The notes: a model not told the origin generated them from the sequence alone. DNA of 64,000 bases from Candidatus Tayloriibacteriota bacterium (GCA_028286725.1 JAQBQZ010000007.1:71262-135261), one strand, 5' to 3'; positions 19,700 through 28,364 are shown, numbered from the stretch's first letter. Translations and numbers: made by a program.

Positions 19700-20419
19700 T
19701 CATTTGATCCTCAATATTGAATTGTTGTGTGCTACAAAATAGCCCTCAATTTGAAACTCAACTTTTATTTTTTCTGTCAATCTGCGTCGTGTATCCTTGA
19801 TTGCTTGCCTATCTTTTTTAACAGAATTAGGACTTTTCGTGCCATGTATTTCATCATTTATTAAATCCCAACTGACCAATTCATTAGGGGAAAATCGAAA
19901 CATGACTCGGCAAAAGCACTGTTCAATAGTGCCATGTTCTAACTCAATAGATTTGTCTCCACAAACTAATCGAGGTATTTGATTCGTTTCTTCAAACTTA
20001 ATAGGTTCTGTGTCATAAATTGCCACATTGTCTGAACAATAGTTTTTTCGGAAGTTTCTTATAAAATCTATGTCTTTGATTCTTAGATACCAGTTCTCCT
20101 CGTTCACATCTATTTCAGAGGAAGTATCTGAGTTGTGAGTATTGAAAATACTCTTTCCATTTTCTATTTTGAGTATCTCATCTTGATTGAGGAATTGGAG
20201 TACATCTTCCTGTGTCATATATTGTTTGAATTTACCAAAATGCTCTTGCATCTCTGGTGAATGATAGAATTTGTCAGTACGAGAATTTGTTTTGATAACA
20301 ACATAATCCTCAGCAAAAGCTCTTTTGCTGTCAAAAGGAAATTTCTTCTCGTATTCTGTTTGAATTTTCTCCAGAAAACTTGCTATAAACTCATCAATTT
20401 CAATAGGGGAGTTTTTCAT
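19700..20419 (-). CDS. Hypothetical protein (element cargo)
   Basis: 239-aa ORF, no recognisable domain. Confidence 0.45.
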   Translation of the reverse strand: MKNSPIEIDEFIASFLEKIQTEYEKKFPFDSKRAFAEDYVVIKTNSRTDKFYHSPEMQEHFGKFKQYMTQEDVLQFLNQDEILKIENGKSIFNTHNSDTSSEIDVNEENWYLRIKDIDFIRNFRKNYCSDNVAIYDTEPIKFEETNQIPRLVCGDKSIELEHGTIEQCFCRVMFRFSPNELVSWDLINDEIHGTKSPNSVKKDRQAIKDTRRRLTEKIKVEFQIEGYFVAHNNSILRIK

Positions 20420-20569
20420 ACCCTAACTCTACTCAATTTCAACATATTTTCAAGTGACCGTTTCAAAAAGTTAAAATGTTAAGTATATATACTATCTAAC
20501 AAGTTACTAAGTTCTCCTGTCATTCTGTGTGAGGGGATTTAAGGAAGGGGTGGATAAAATCCTTACTTA

Positions 20570-20605
20570 CCCAACAAAAAGGTCTCTGAAGTGACTCAGA
20601 GACCT
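20570..20605 (-). terminator. Rho-independent terminator for the 20651-21127 gene
   Basis: Minus-strand hairpin aggtctctga-gtcact-tcagagacct (10-bp stem) followed by TTTTTTGTT. Confidence 0.7.
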
Positions 20606-20650
20606 CCCGCAATGGAATAAGATCCACTTTAGGATTAACTTTTACTCATT

Positions 20651-21127
20651 CTAATTATAAGCATCCACAGTACCATCACCATCCTTGTCATAGAAGCAAT
20701 CTGGTGTGTAGTCATCCCAGCAGTACTGGTACATAGTTCCATTACCGTAATTTGAAGGATTGACATGGTCTGCTTTTCCTCGAAGATACACAAGCATGTC
20801 ATACGTCATCCCAAGCTTTATTTTGTTCGAAGCTAGACTGTCACAATCTTCTTTAGACCAGTCTGGATGCTTCGCACACAGCTGTCCTGCTTTGGTAGAT
20901 TTCCAAGTAGCTAAGTTAGCCGCATCTTTCGCATCTTTTACTTTCTGTACCTCTGCTTGCTTCTCATCTGCTAGTGCTTTGTTCTTTGCAATCCTCTCGT
21001 CCATCTTGATTTGCTCTGGTGTTCTTATGGAAGCAACATTCAGTGCATGGATTATGTAGCCAGACGCAACGAGCATGAAAACAACTATTCCTAATCCAAT
21101 CAGTGAGTATCTTTTTAGTTTACTCAT
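20651..21127 (-). CDS. Membrane-anchored protein with coiled-coil and C-terminal EF-hand-like DKDGDGTVD loop
   Basis: N-terminal TM helix (LIGLGIVVFMLVASGYII); Lys/Ala-rich helical segment; DxDxDG calcium-binding-like motif near the C-terminus. Confidence 0.45.
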   Translation of the reverse strand: MSKLKRYSLIGLGIVVFMLVASGYIIHALNVASIRTPEQIKMDERIAKNKALADEKQAEVQKVKDAKDAANLATWKSTKAGQLCAKHPDWSKEDCDSLASNKIKLGMTYDMLVYLRGKADHVNPSNYGNGTMYQYCWDDYTPDCFYDKDGDGTVDAYN

Positions 21128-21132
21128 ACAGA

Positions 21133-21381
21133 TTATGATTTAGGCTCGTCAGTTACTAATCTCTGTCCCATTGGAGAATCAACGGGAATCATTGTAGGCT
21201 TCTTGCACTTAGGACAAGCGTCCTGCTTGCTTGTCAGTCTCCAGAGTGAGTAGACGAGTCCTGGTATTATCAAAAACAACCACAATACTATTTCTATTAA
21301 AATGCTTCCCTGAGCAATCTTCTTTGGATATCCTACATATCCGCAAGAGGTGCATACAAACTTTTGAGATTCTTTTGTCAT
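21133..21381 (-). CDS. LITAF-like zinc-ribbon membrane protein
   Basis: CTSCGY - hydrophobic helix (ILIEIVLWLFLIIPGLVYSLW) - CPKCKK arrangement diagnostic of the LITAF/SIMPLE-like fold. Confidence 0.45.
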   Translation of the reverse strand: MTKESQKFVCTSCGYVGYPKKIAQGSILIEIVLWLFLIIPGLVYSLWRLTSKQDACPKCKKPTMIPVDSPMGQRLVTDEPKS

Positions 21382-21628
21382 AAGGATTTGTTAACTGCTA
21401 ATCCTGTGACGAGTTTTTGGGGACACAAAAATCCCGTTACAGGTAGTGGCCGAAACCACTCGTGCAGATTTCTCCACACGGCAATTCACGCGACCCTATA
21501 ACGGGGTTTTTATGCGTGAATTGACTAACTTTCACCATGCCAGCAATTGCTTGTTGGTTTAGGCTACTTCTACCTATTCAGTTGTAGTTCTATTTTATAA
21601 CAAATATTGAATTATTAAAACTAACCAA
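21382..21628. other. Highly structured noncoding region (candidate ncRNA/regulatory or origin-like element) within the element
   Basis: GC-elevated 247-bp gap with an imperfect long hairpin at 21403-21443, the hairpin gtggccgaaaccac at 21446-21459, and a perfect 10-bp inverted repeat caattcacgc/gcgtgaattg (21482-21491 and 21514-21523). Confidence 0.4.
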
Positions 21629-22117
21629 TTAAGGATATAAATTGTACAGAGCATTTGCTAGTTCGTCTCTTGAAACAAATTTTTCATGACTAATAGCCCA
21701 TCCTAATTCATTTGTTCCTCGTCCTAATGCAATATGAGCGATTCCAAAGTCAGACGGATAATCCGGCTTGTTTCTGGTTTTTGGTGTTTCGAATTTAACC
21801 ATTGGTATTCTTACTCTTCGAAATAATTCATATACTTTCTTTACTTCGGGACGCGTATCTATTTTTTTAAGCACTCGTATAAATTCATATCCAGCTATTA
21901 CCCAAAGAGATGCTAGAAAAGATATCTCATCAACTTTTTCTATATTTTTAATATCATCTAATTGATCTTTAATAACTTCCCATTCGCTAGAAAGTTTATA
22001 GTCAAGTTTCCCTAATGCTTGAAAGTTATAAAGAAGAAGTTGATATGGATTTTGACTAGGAAATCGGAATGACTTTTTTATCCAACCTTCTAAAGTTCTA
22101 TTTTTTACTACTATCAT
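21629..22117 (-). CDS. Hypothetical protein P3 (third gene of the 3-gene cargo operon)
   Basis: 162 aa; start overlaps the upstream gene end by 20 nt (translational coupling). Confidence 0.5.
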   Translation of the reverse strand: MIVVKNRTLEGWIKKSFRFPSQNPYQLLLYNFQALGKLDYKLSSEWEVIKDQLDDIKNIEKVDEISFLASLWVIAGYEFIRVLKKIDTRPEVKKVYELFRRVRIPMVKFETPKTRNKPDYPSDFGIAHIALGRGTNELGWAISHEKFVSRDELANALYNLYP

Positions 22118-22970
22118 GTTTAAATATTTTTGATATTACATCATCTATTTTTGACAGAACACGGTCCTTGAAAGAGAAATCGAGTTCTTTAGGATAGGAG
22201 GTTGAATTTTTATGAAAGTCCTCATCCAATGGATACATAACATTAATTTGTGTTAAAAAACCATCTTTATCACCTTGACTTACTCCACCACCATAACTAA
22301 AACCGTGTGTCTTATTAAAACCATGATTAACCCTTCTGCAACTAATTCCAACAAAGCCGGGTGTGTTTGATGACGGTAAAGGTATACATTTAAGAGGTAT
22401 GGTGCCAAGAGCCACTGTCTTATATAACAATATTCCAGTTTTTTGATCAATATACTTTGCAGCCTCACGAGGAATGTAATAACCTTCAAAAAGATAGTAG
22501 TCACCCTTTAATGTATTTTGATCAAGAAAGGGATCAAGATGTAAATCTTTTTGTTGGAATATGATTGATTCTTTTTCATGTTTCTTTGAAAAGTTCTCAA
22601 GACCCCAACCTAGAAATGAAAAAACTGGCCCTCCGTCATTAAAGGTTGGACTTTCAGTACTGACACCTTTCGGTCTTTTAATAGATTTAAAGAATCCAGA
22701 TCTAATACCATCACCTGAAATTTGAGCTTTACCATCAATATGTTGCATTAATTTAGGTTTACGAGTTACATACCATTCATCCTTTTTGTCTATGGGTACA
22801 ATCATGGTTCTGGCACCTGTAAGTTGAAACCGTATTTTTGTAATCCAGTAACGTCCTTTAGCAGATGACAGGTCAGTAATAAAATAACCGTTTGTCTTAT
22901 CATAACCAAGGACAAAAATGTTGTATTTTTCTGTTCCAATCTGGATTGAGATGTAATACTTTTTACTCAT
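22098..22970 (-). CDS. Hypothetical protein P2 (second gene of the cargo operon)
   Basis: 290 aa; no recognisable motif; 1-nt gap to the upstream gene. Confidence 0.5.
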   Translation of the reverse strand: MSKKYYISIQIGTEKYNIFVLGYDKTNGYFITDLSSAKGRYWITKIRFQLTGARTMIVPIDKKDEWYVTRKPKLMQHIDGKAQISGDGIRSGFFKSIKRPKGVSTESPTFNDGGPVFSFLGWGLENFSKKHEKESIIFQQKDLHLDPFLDQNTLKGDYYLFEGYYIPREAAKYIDQKTGILLYKTVALGTIPLKCIPLPSSNTPGFVGISCRRVNHGFNKTHGFSYGGGVSQGDKDGFLTQINVMYPLDEDFHKNSTSYPKELDFSFKDRVLSKIDDVISKIFKHDSSKK

Positions 22971-22971
22971 T

Positions 22972-23730
22972 TTATTTGAACTTTAGTTTACTGGCTGTAT
23001 CTGCCCATCTTTTAGATAGTTCCTCTAATTCTGTGTTCAGGCCCCAGTTAAATTGAGCATTTGCTTCTTGTGCAATATGAAAAAGGCAGTCAAATGATAC
23101 AACCAGAGTGCTTTTTACTAGATCCCAATTAGGTCCAATATTCAAAATAGTCCGATGCATATACTCATTCATGCTTCGTGCATTGGTGTGTCCTACAGTG
23201 CACTGTAAACGATATATAGTGTTATAAGCGTCCGATCTACCAACAGATTCAGACATTCCTTTAATACTTTTATCTGACCATGTGCCATTTTGATATTTAT
23301 ATTTCTCCATCACTTTTTTATATTCTGCCTCAACTTCTGCCAGAACATCTTGTTTATTACTAGCCTCTATTTCTTGATTTAATCCAGCAAGCAGTGATTC
23401 CTTCGAGACAACATAATCGTACATTTGCTTTCTCGTTACCCAATCATGGTTCATGTAGCGAGTCAGTCTGTCATCTGTAGTGTCTTGGGAAATATATGCT
23501 GTTGTTATCATCAACTCAAATAATGTTCTCGCAAGCATAAAAGCATCCTCACCGTAACCATTTTTACAAAGAAGGAGGATTGCTTCATGTGACTTAAAAG
23601 CCTTTCCAATAGCAAAAGCAACAAAGAAAGATTTATTATTTCCCTCTGTGATATCTAGTTGAAGTTTAGTGTCTACTAGCTTATGTAGCTCGTCATTAAG
23701 GTCGAGCAGTTTTTTTACATCTTCATTCAT
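22972..23730 (-). CDS. Hypothetical alpha-helical protein P1 (first gene of the cargo operon); possible HEPN-like Rx6H motif
   Basis: 252 aa; the RSMNEYMH segment fits the R-x(4-6)-H spacing; conserved-looking N-terminal helix (ILLLCKNGYGEDAFMLARTLFELMI); speculative. Confidence 0.5.
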   Translation of the reverse strand: MNEDVKKLLDLNDELHKLVDTKLQLDITEGNNKSFFVAFAIGKAFKSHEAILLLCKNGYGEDAFMLARTLFELMITTAYISQDTTDDRLTRYMNHDWVTRKQMYDYVVSKESLLAGLNQEIEASNKQDVLAEVEAEYKKVMEKYKYQNGTWSDKSIKGMSESVGRSDAYNTIYRLQCTVGHTNARSMNEYMHRTILNIGPNWDLVKSTLVVSFDCLFHIAQEANAQFNWGLNTELEELSKRWADTASKLKFK

Positions 23731-24030
23731 AAGTGTATTTTAGCATTTATGATATGGAATTGCTGTCAGTTAATAATTAATCCTATATATCCTAAAATAT
23801 ATACTGGAGTATCTCCTGAGTTCATTTGCAGTGGTCAGGAGATTTATAACGAAAGATAACGACATGTTCAGGTTCTAACTCGATACGAAAATATGTCACT
23901 ACCAGTCTTCGAGGTATATAAAAGGAGTTGTCGAGACAAATCTAATCCCATAACTCCACAATTTTAAATGCTGAATGATACTCTGTAGTGTAATAGTAGG
24001 TTCTAATCTCAGATAACAGATTCCACAAAT

Positions 24031-24065
24031 AAAAACCACCTTGAAAAGGGTGGTCTTTTTATTTG
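24031..24065 (-). terminator. Intrinsic terminator-like hairpin with flanking T-runs (bidirectional)
   Basis: accacc-ttgaaaag-ggtggt followed by ctttttatttg on the plus strand and by a T-run on the minus strand. Confidence 0.45.
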
Positions 24066-24250
24066 TGGACCCTAAGCAAGTGCTAAACGCACTTGCGTGC
24101 GGATTCGAACGGTTTTCGCATTGAGTTTGTAGTAACAAGCGAAGCGAAAACCGGTGCCCAGAAATTCAATATGCGACGGCATATTAAATTTCGAGGGAGA
24201 AATTCCGCTAGGGAAAGTGCTAAATGCACTTTCGGGCGGATTCAAGCCAT
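24066..24250 (-). ncRNA. Candidate structured ncRNA or att-site remnant with inverted tRNA-Ala 3'-end-like sequences
   Basis: Two related 45-nt units (24070-24112 and 24207-24248), each an 8-bp-stem hairpin (gcaagtgc-taaac-gcacttgc; gaaagtgc-taaat-gcactttc) next to a GCGGATTCGAAC/GGCGGATTCAAGCC T-arm-like box in inverted orientation; between them the 9-bp stem ggttttcgc...gcgaaaacc and the hairpin aatatgc-gacg-gcatatt. Confidence 0.35.
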
Positions 24251-24316
24251 AAACAGCATATTAAACACATTTTGGTGTCTATGGTTTTTTAAGAATTTAT
24301 TGTATTATATTGAAAT

Positions 24317-24739
24317 ATGTCATCATCAACCACTAAAAGCATGGTAGGTCACGTACGCTTTCTTGGGTATACAACAGAAGCAGTGGAACCGAAAAACCCA
24401 AATGAAAAGCAAATTTTTGTTGCTCGTCATCCTCAAAAAAATAATATTGTTTTTTTTGAACTTTTTCCTTCTTTTACTATGTTTCGCGTCAATTTAACAA
24501 CTGAACGAAAATTTTCTCCGCAAATGGATAGTTTCATTAATAAAGCAAATAAGGCATTTTCGTTATCAAAAATGTACTACGAAATCGAGGCTGATACTGC
24601 CATCTTGAGAATAGAAGCTGTTTATACAGGGGAATATGTTAAAGAATGCTTCGGGGCTTTTCTTGAAATGTTTATTAGCGAACAAAATCTAATTTACCAA
24701 TTGGAAGGTTTTAGTGATATCTTTTTAGGTAAAGATTAA
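24317..24739 (+). CDS. Hypothetical protein
   Basis: 140-aa ORF; no motif. Confidence 0.45.
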   Translation: MSSSTTKSMVGHVRFLGYTTEAVEPKNPNEKQIFVARHPQKNNIVFFELFPSFTMFRVNLTTERKFSPQMDSFINKANKAFSLSKMYYEIEADTAILRIEAVYTGEYVKECFGAFLEMFISEQNLIYQLEGFSDIFLGKD

Positions 24740-24740
24740 A

Positions 24741-25265
24741 ATGAGAAAAATAATTTTAACAATTATAATTACAGCTCTTGTTAGTGTTACTCTGACAATG
24801 TCTATTTTAAGGACCACTTGGACCAACTATCAAATAAATTTATCTGATTGGTGGTCAATTGTTTCTACTATTATTAATATTATCTTAGTTTGTTTCTCTA
24901 TTTGGCAATATCTTGAAGCTGAAAATCAAAAGAAAAAGACAAAATCACAGGTTAAAATTTGGATGCAAGATGCAAAAGGTATTGTCGCTGCTTTAAATAA
25001 AGTACAAGGTATACACCATACAAAGATATCAGATATGTGTAATTCTATTTCAATGGTTGAAGCCTTTGCGAATTCGCTGTATCAAAGTTTATATGAAGAG
25101 CGTGTTGTTAAAGAAGAAGACTATCAAGAGACAGAAAAGAAAAAAAGTGACATCGTTACAGAACAAGAAATCCAACAACTTAAAAACCGTGCCTCCTTGG
25201 TTGAACCTAATGCAGTTTCATCTTCTAAGCCCGTCTTTTCAAATAGGGCTAATTTTGAAGAGTAA
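24741..25265 (+). CDS. Hypothetical membrane protein (2 TM + charged coiled-coil tail)
   Basis: Two N-terminal hydrophobic helices; Lys/Glu-rich C-terminal half. Confidence 0.45.
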   Translation: MRKIILTIIITALVSVTLTMSILRTTWTNYQINLSDWWSIVSTIINIILVCFSIWQYLEAENQKKKTKSQVKIWMQDAKGIVAALNKVQGIHHTKISDMCNSISMVEAFANSLYQSLYEERVVKEEDYQETEKKKSDIVTEQEIQQLKNRASLVEPNAVSSSKPVFSNRANFEE

Positions 25266-25267
25266 CC

Positions 25268-26308
25268 ATGAAAACAAAATCCTACGCCGTTACAACCCCA
25301 ACCACCCCCTTCGAACCCCTCACAATCGAGCGTCGCGAAGTCCGTCCTCAAGATGTATCAATCGAGATACTGTATTGTGGTATTTGCCACTCTGACATCC
25401 ACACAGCACGAAACGAATGGCCAGGGACAGTGTTTCCTGTTGTGCCAGGTCACGAGATTGTTGGACGAGTGACAGAAGTTGGAAGCGAAGTCATGAATGT
25501 TAAAGTCGGAGATACTGTAGGTGTTGGATGTTTTGTAGATTCTTGTCGGACTTGTGTGAACTGCAAGAACCACGAAGAATCATATTGTCTAAATGGTGCA
25601 ACAAGCACTTATGACTCAGGAGACAAAATAAGCGGAGGAAGAACTTATGGGGGATATTCAAAACAGATCATTGTCGACAAAGATTTTGTACTTAAGATAA
25701 CTCACAAAGAAAATATAGAGGCTGTCGCTCCACTTCTCTGCGCAGGAATCACAACATATTCTCCACTTAAACATTGGAATATCGGAAAAGGCCACAAGGT
25801 GGGAATAGTTGGTCTTGGAGGATTGGGACATATGGCACTCAAGCTCGCTGTTTCGTTCGGAGCTGAAGTCACAGTACTTGCTCGATCAAATGGCAAAGAA
25901 GCGGATGCAAAGAGACTCGGCGCACATCATTTTGAAGTCATAACAGATCCACAAAACGTACAGAGGCTCTATGCAAATTATGATTTTATTATTGATACTG
26001 TCTCAGCACCTCATGACTATAATCTGTATCTCGGGCTACTAAAAACAAATGGAAACATGATCTGTGTGGGTATACCGCCAGAGCCTGCAAAGATCGATAT
26101 GATGACTCTGATTGAAAAAGGAAGAAGCCTCTCGGGATCGCTCGTGGGCGGGATCAAAGAAACTCAAGAAATGCTCGACTATTGCGCGGAGCATAATATT
26201 GTCTCAGATATCGAAATGACGACGATTGATAAGATCGATGAAGCGTATGAACGAATTCTCAAAGGAGATGTTCGATACCGATTTGTGATAGACATGAAGT
26301 CGCTTTAA
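25268..26308 (+). CDS. Zinc-dependent alcohol dehydrogenase (cinnamyl-alcohol/NADP-dependent ADH family)
   Basis: GICHSDIH, GHEIVG, structural-zinc Cys cluster CRTCVNCKNHEESYC, Rossmann GLGGLGH. Confidence 0.75.
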   Translation: MKTKSYAVTTPTTPFEPLTIERREVRPQDVSIEILYCGICHSDIHTARNEWPGTVFPVVPGHEIVGRVTEVGSEVMNVKVGDTVGVGCFVDSCRTCVNCKNHEESYCLNGATSTYDSGDKISGGRTYGGYSKQIIVDKDFVLKITHKENIEAVAPLLCAGITTYSPLKHWNIGKGHKVGIVGLGGLGHMALKLAVSFGAEVTVLARSNGKEADAKRLGAHHFEVITDPQNVQRLYANYDFIIDTVSAPHDYNLYLGLLKTNGNMICVGIPPEPAKIDMMTLIEKGRSLSGSLVGGIKETQEMLDYCAEHNIVSDIEMTTIDKIDEAYERILKGDVRYRFVIDMKSL

Positions 26309-26376
26309 ATTTAAGATTTATTAAAATTTTTAAAATAAAAAAACCAGCTGATCTTGCGATCGGCTGGGTTAAGTGT

Positions 26377-27096
26377 TCAATTTTCACGAAGGTTCTTCGT
26401 CAGATCCGCAACTCCCAAACTATAAATTTGAGGGACGATTTGTGGTACCGTCGCTCTGTCCAGTGTGCCCGGTTCGTAAAGTTCAATGAGATTCAGATTG
26501 GATTCTATGGTGCGAACCAAGAACTTGCCATACTGAGTCACGAAGAATTCCATAAACCCGGATACTTTGGACATGATCTGCTTGGCCAGGGACCAAAACT
26601 TTTTCTCAACAAGCCAATAATCTCGACTTGCATTTGCCGATAATTCTTCGGCATTGAAGTGTTGTGGCAGTTCGGTGAGAATCTTGGTTACCCAAGGTGC
26701 AAACGTATTAAAACACTCGTGTACTGTTTGTGAGTAGATCTGCAAGCGTCCGAGGATAGTCGGATCGTTTTGCTCAATATCAACAGCTCTATTTTCGAAA
26801 CCGAGCTCTCTTGCCACAAGGATTGCCTGTCGACAGAGTATACGAAATGTTTCACTATCGTTGTGTTGGTATTGAGGTAATGAGAGCAAATCACCAAAAG
26901 CATCGGCAACAGCCTTTCGTGCAAAAATAAAATCATCGTTGGTCAATCGGTTGAACAGAGCGGTGTTTTTATACCTTGGGTGTTCACGAAGAGTCTTTAG
27001 GACCAAACCAGCAGGCTGGTCGACGAGCCGGCAGATGAAGTAAGCGGTCAGTCGAAGAAAGCGTGTGATGGTGGGATCGAGGGCTGGTGTGTTCAT
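26377..27096 (-). CDS. Hypothetical protein (GC-elevated gene)
   Basis: 239-aa ORF with start at MNTPALD; visibly higher GC than neighbours. Confidence 0.45.
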   Translation of the reverse strand: MNTPALDPTITRFLRLTAYFICRLVDQPAGLVLKTLREHPRYKNTALFNRLTNDDFIFARKAVADAFGDLLSLPQYQHNDSETFRILCRQAILVARELGFENRAVDIEQNDPTILGRLQIYSQTVHECFNTFAPWVTKILTELPQHFNAEELSANASRDYWLVEKKFWSLAKQIMSKVSGFMEFFVTQYGKFLVRTIESNLNLIELYEPGTLDRATVPQIVPQIYSLGVADLTKNLREN

Positions 27097-27294
27097 GTGT
27101 GTGTGGGTGAAATTGAGAAAAAACAACTAAAAAAATAATAACATAATTTATCAATTTTGTAAATAAAAGAAGTAAAATAATAAATAAAGTTAATACTCCA
27201 AAAAAAAACGCATAAAAGCGGTTTTTGTTTTTTAAATAAAAAATCCCACAACTTTTGGTTGCGGGATTGGAATCGAGAACAATTTTTCCTTTGG

Positions 27295-27600
27295 TTACTT
27301 GGTAACCACGTAGCGGAGGGTAAGATCTTGGCCCTCAAATTTACCTTGCTCAGCCGGAGGGGCGTTTTTTGGATCACCCAAGATCCAGACGGCGGTGCAA
27401 GCATCTTCACCATAGTCAGCAGCCAAAAGGGTGCGGCAGAATTCGAGGATCATACTCCAATCTGCATCGGTGTAATGTGTGACAATATCGTCTCCGAGTT
27501 TTGTGACTACAGAGATTTCCCAGAAGAAGTCTGTGGTTTTTTTGCCGCCCAGCTTGCCGCGGAGAGGGAAAAGTGAAGGGTCGATTGCTGATGTGCTCAT
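27295..27600 (-). CDS. Hypothetical protein (GC-elevated gene)
   Basis: 101-aa ORF from MSTSAIDP; a terminator-like hairpin tcccacaac/gttgcggga plus T-run lies downstream at about 27245-27270. Confidence 0.4.
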   Translation of the reverse strand: MSTSAIDPSLFPLRGKLGGKKTTDFFWEISVVTKLGDDIVTHYTDADWSMILEFCRTLLAADYGEDACTAVWILGDPKNAPPAEQGKFEGQDLTLRYVVTK

Positions 27601-27731
27601 GGATGGTGTGGAATAAATGGTGTTAAATAGCAGTGCCAAATACACAATAACATTAAAATGTATCTTGTCAATAACTTGAGGAATAAAAAAACCTCGTCCG
27701 GGTAGGGGCGAGGCAAGTAAGAACGAAAGAT

Positions 27732-27965
27732 TCAGGTTGGAAGTGTGACTACGAGAATTCGAGTCGATTCGTCAAATTCAGCATCAAATTTGTTGTGTGT
27801 GACTCCACACATGCTCGAGACGAAACTGCTCACTTTTGCCCTCCTTGGTGTTGCAAAATCTTGTTGAAACTTAGTACCATCATGTTTGACGACACTTATG
27901 GTCACTTTTTGCTCTGGACCAGGGATTGTGTCTTGCGAGTTAAGGCTGATACATGTTGTAGGCAT
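27732..27965 (-). CDS. Hypothetical protein
   Basis: 77-aa ORF. Confidence 0.3.
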   Translation of the reverse strand: MPTTCISLNSQDTIPGPEQKVTISVVKHDGTKFQQDFATPRRAKVSSFVSSMCGVTHNKFDAEFDESTRILVVTLPT

Positions 27966-28211
27966 AAATAAACAGGGTGATAGGTGCGGTTGTGCTACGA
28001 CTCATATTACATTTTCTGTCAAGAAAAGCAAATTCCAGTCATAATTATTTATATCTTGAAAGATATTTGAATCTTCTGCGTCTCCAACTATAGAACATAT
28101 TTCTGGACAGGACTCGGTTTGGAAATATGTGGGAATTGGGTGAGAGTGTTCTCGTGGCAACAATACTCTCGTTTGATAGATACTACTTATTACTATTAAT
28201 TTTAATTTTTT

Positions 28212-28364
28212 ATGTTAACAACAATTGCGACAGTACTTGTACTTCTATGGCTTATTGGTTTCTTAGGATTTCATGTTTTGGGAGGATTTATTCACATTCT
28301 TCTTGTGATCGCAGTCATTATGTTCCTTATCCGACTCATTAGAGGAGAAAATCCTGTAAGATAA
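28212..28364 (+). CDS. lmo0937-family small membrane protein (50 aa)
   Basis: MLTTIATVLVLLWLIGFLGFHVLGGFIHILLVIAVIMFLIRLIRGENPVR matches the lmo0937/DUF5670 family pattern; below the ORF-track length cut-off. Confidence 0.65.
   Translation: MLTTIATVLVLLWLIGFLGFHVLGGFIHILLVIAVIMFLIRLIRGENPVR

Larger units (their letters stand above)
15787..24316. mobile_element. Putative integrated element at the tRNA-Ala 3' end (serine recombinase + primase/helicase + cargo); distal boundary uncertain
   Basis: Recombinase 3' end overlaps the tRNA 3' half; all genes are minus-strand, hypothetical or replication-related; inverted tRNA-3'-like fragments near 24.1 kb. Confidence 0.45.

Noticed and set aside
23899-24138. 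79-aa minus-strand ORF in the P1 upstream region
   Set aside because: It spans the terminator hairpin and the tRNA-like boxes, and its composition is not protein-like. It is more likely noncoding.
24066-24250. A minus-strand tRNA or tmRNA gene at the T-arm-like boxes
   Set aside because: No acceptor-stem partner, D-arm or anticodon arm can be formed. Only the T-loop/3'-acceptor-like strings are present, each interrupted by an extra hairpin.
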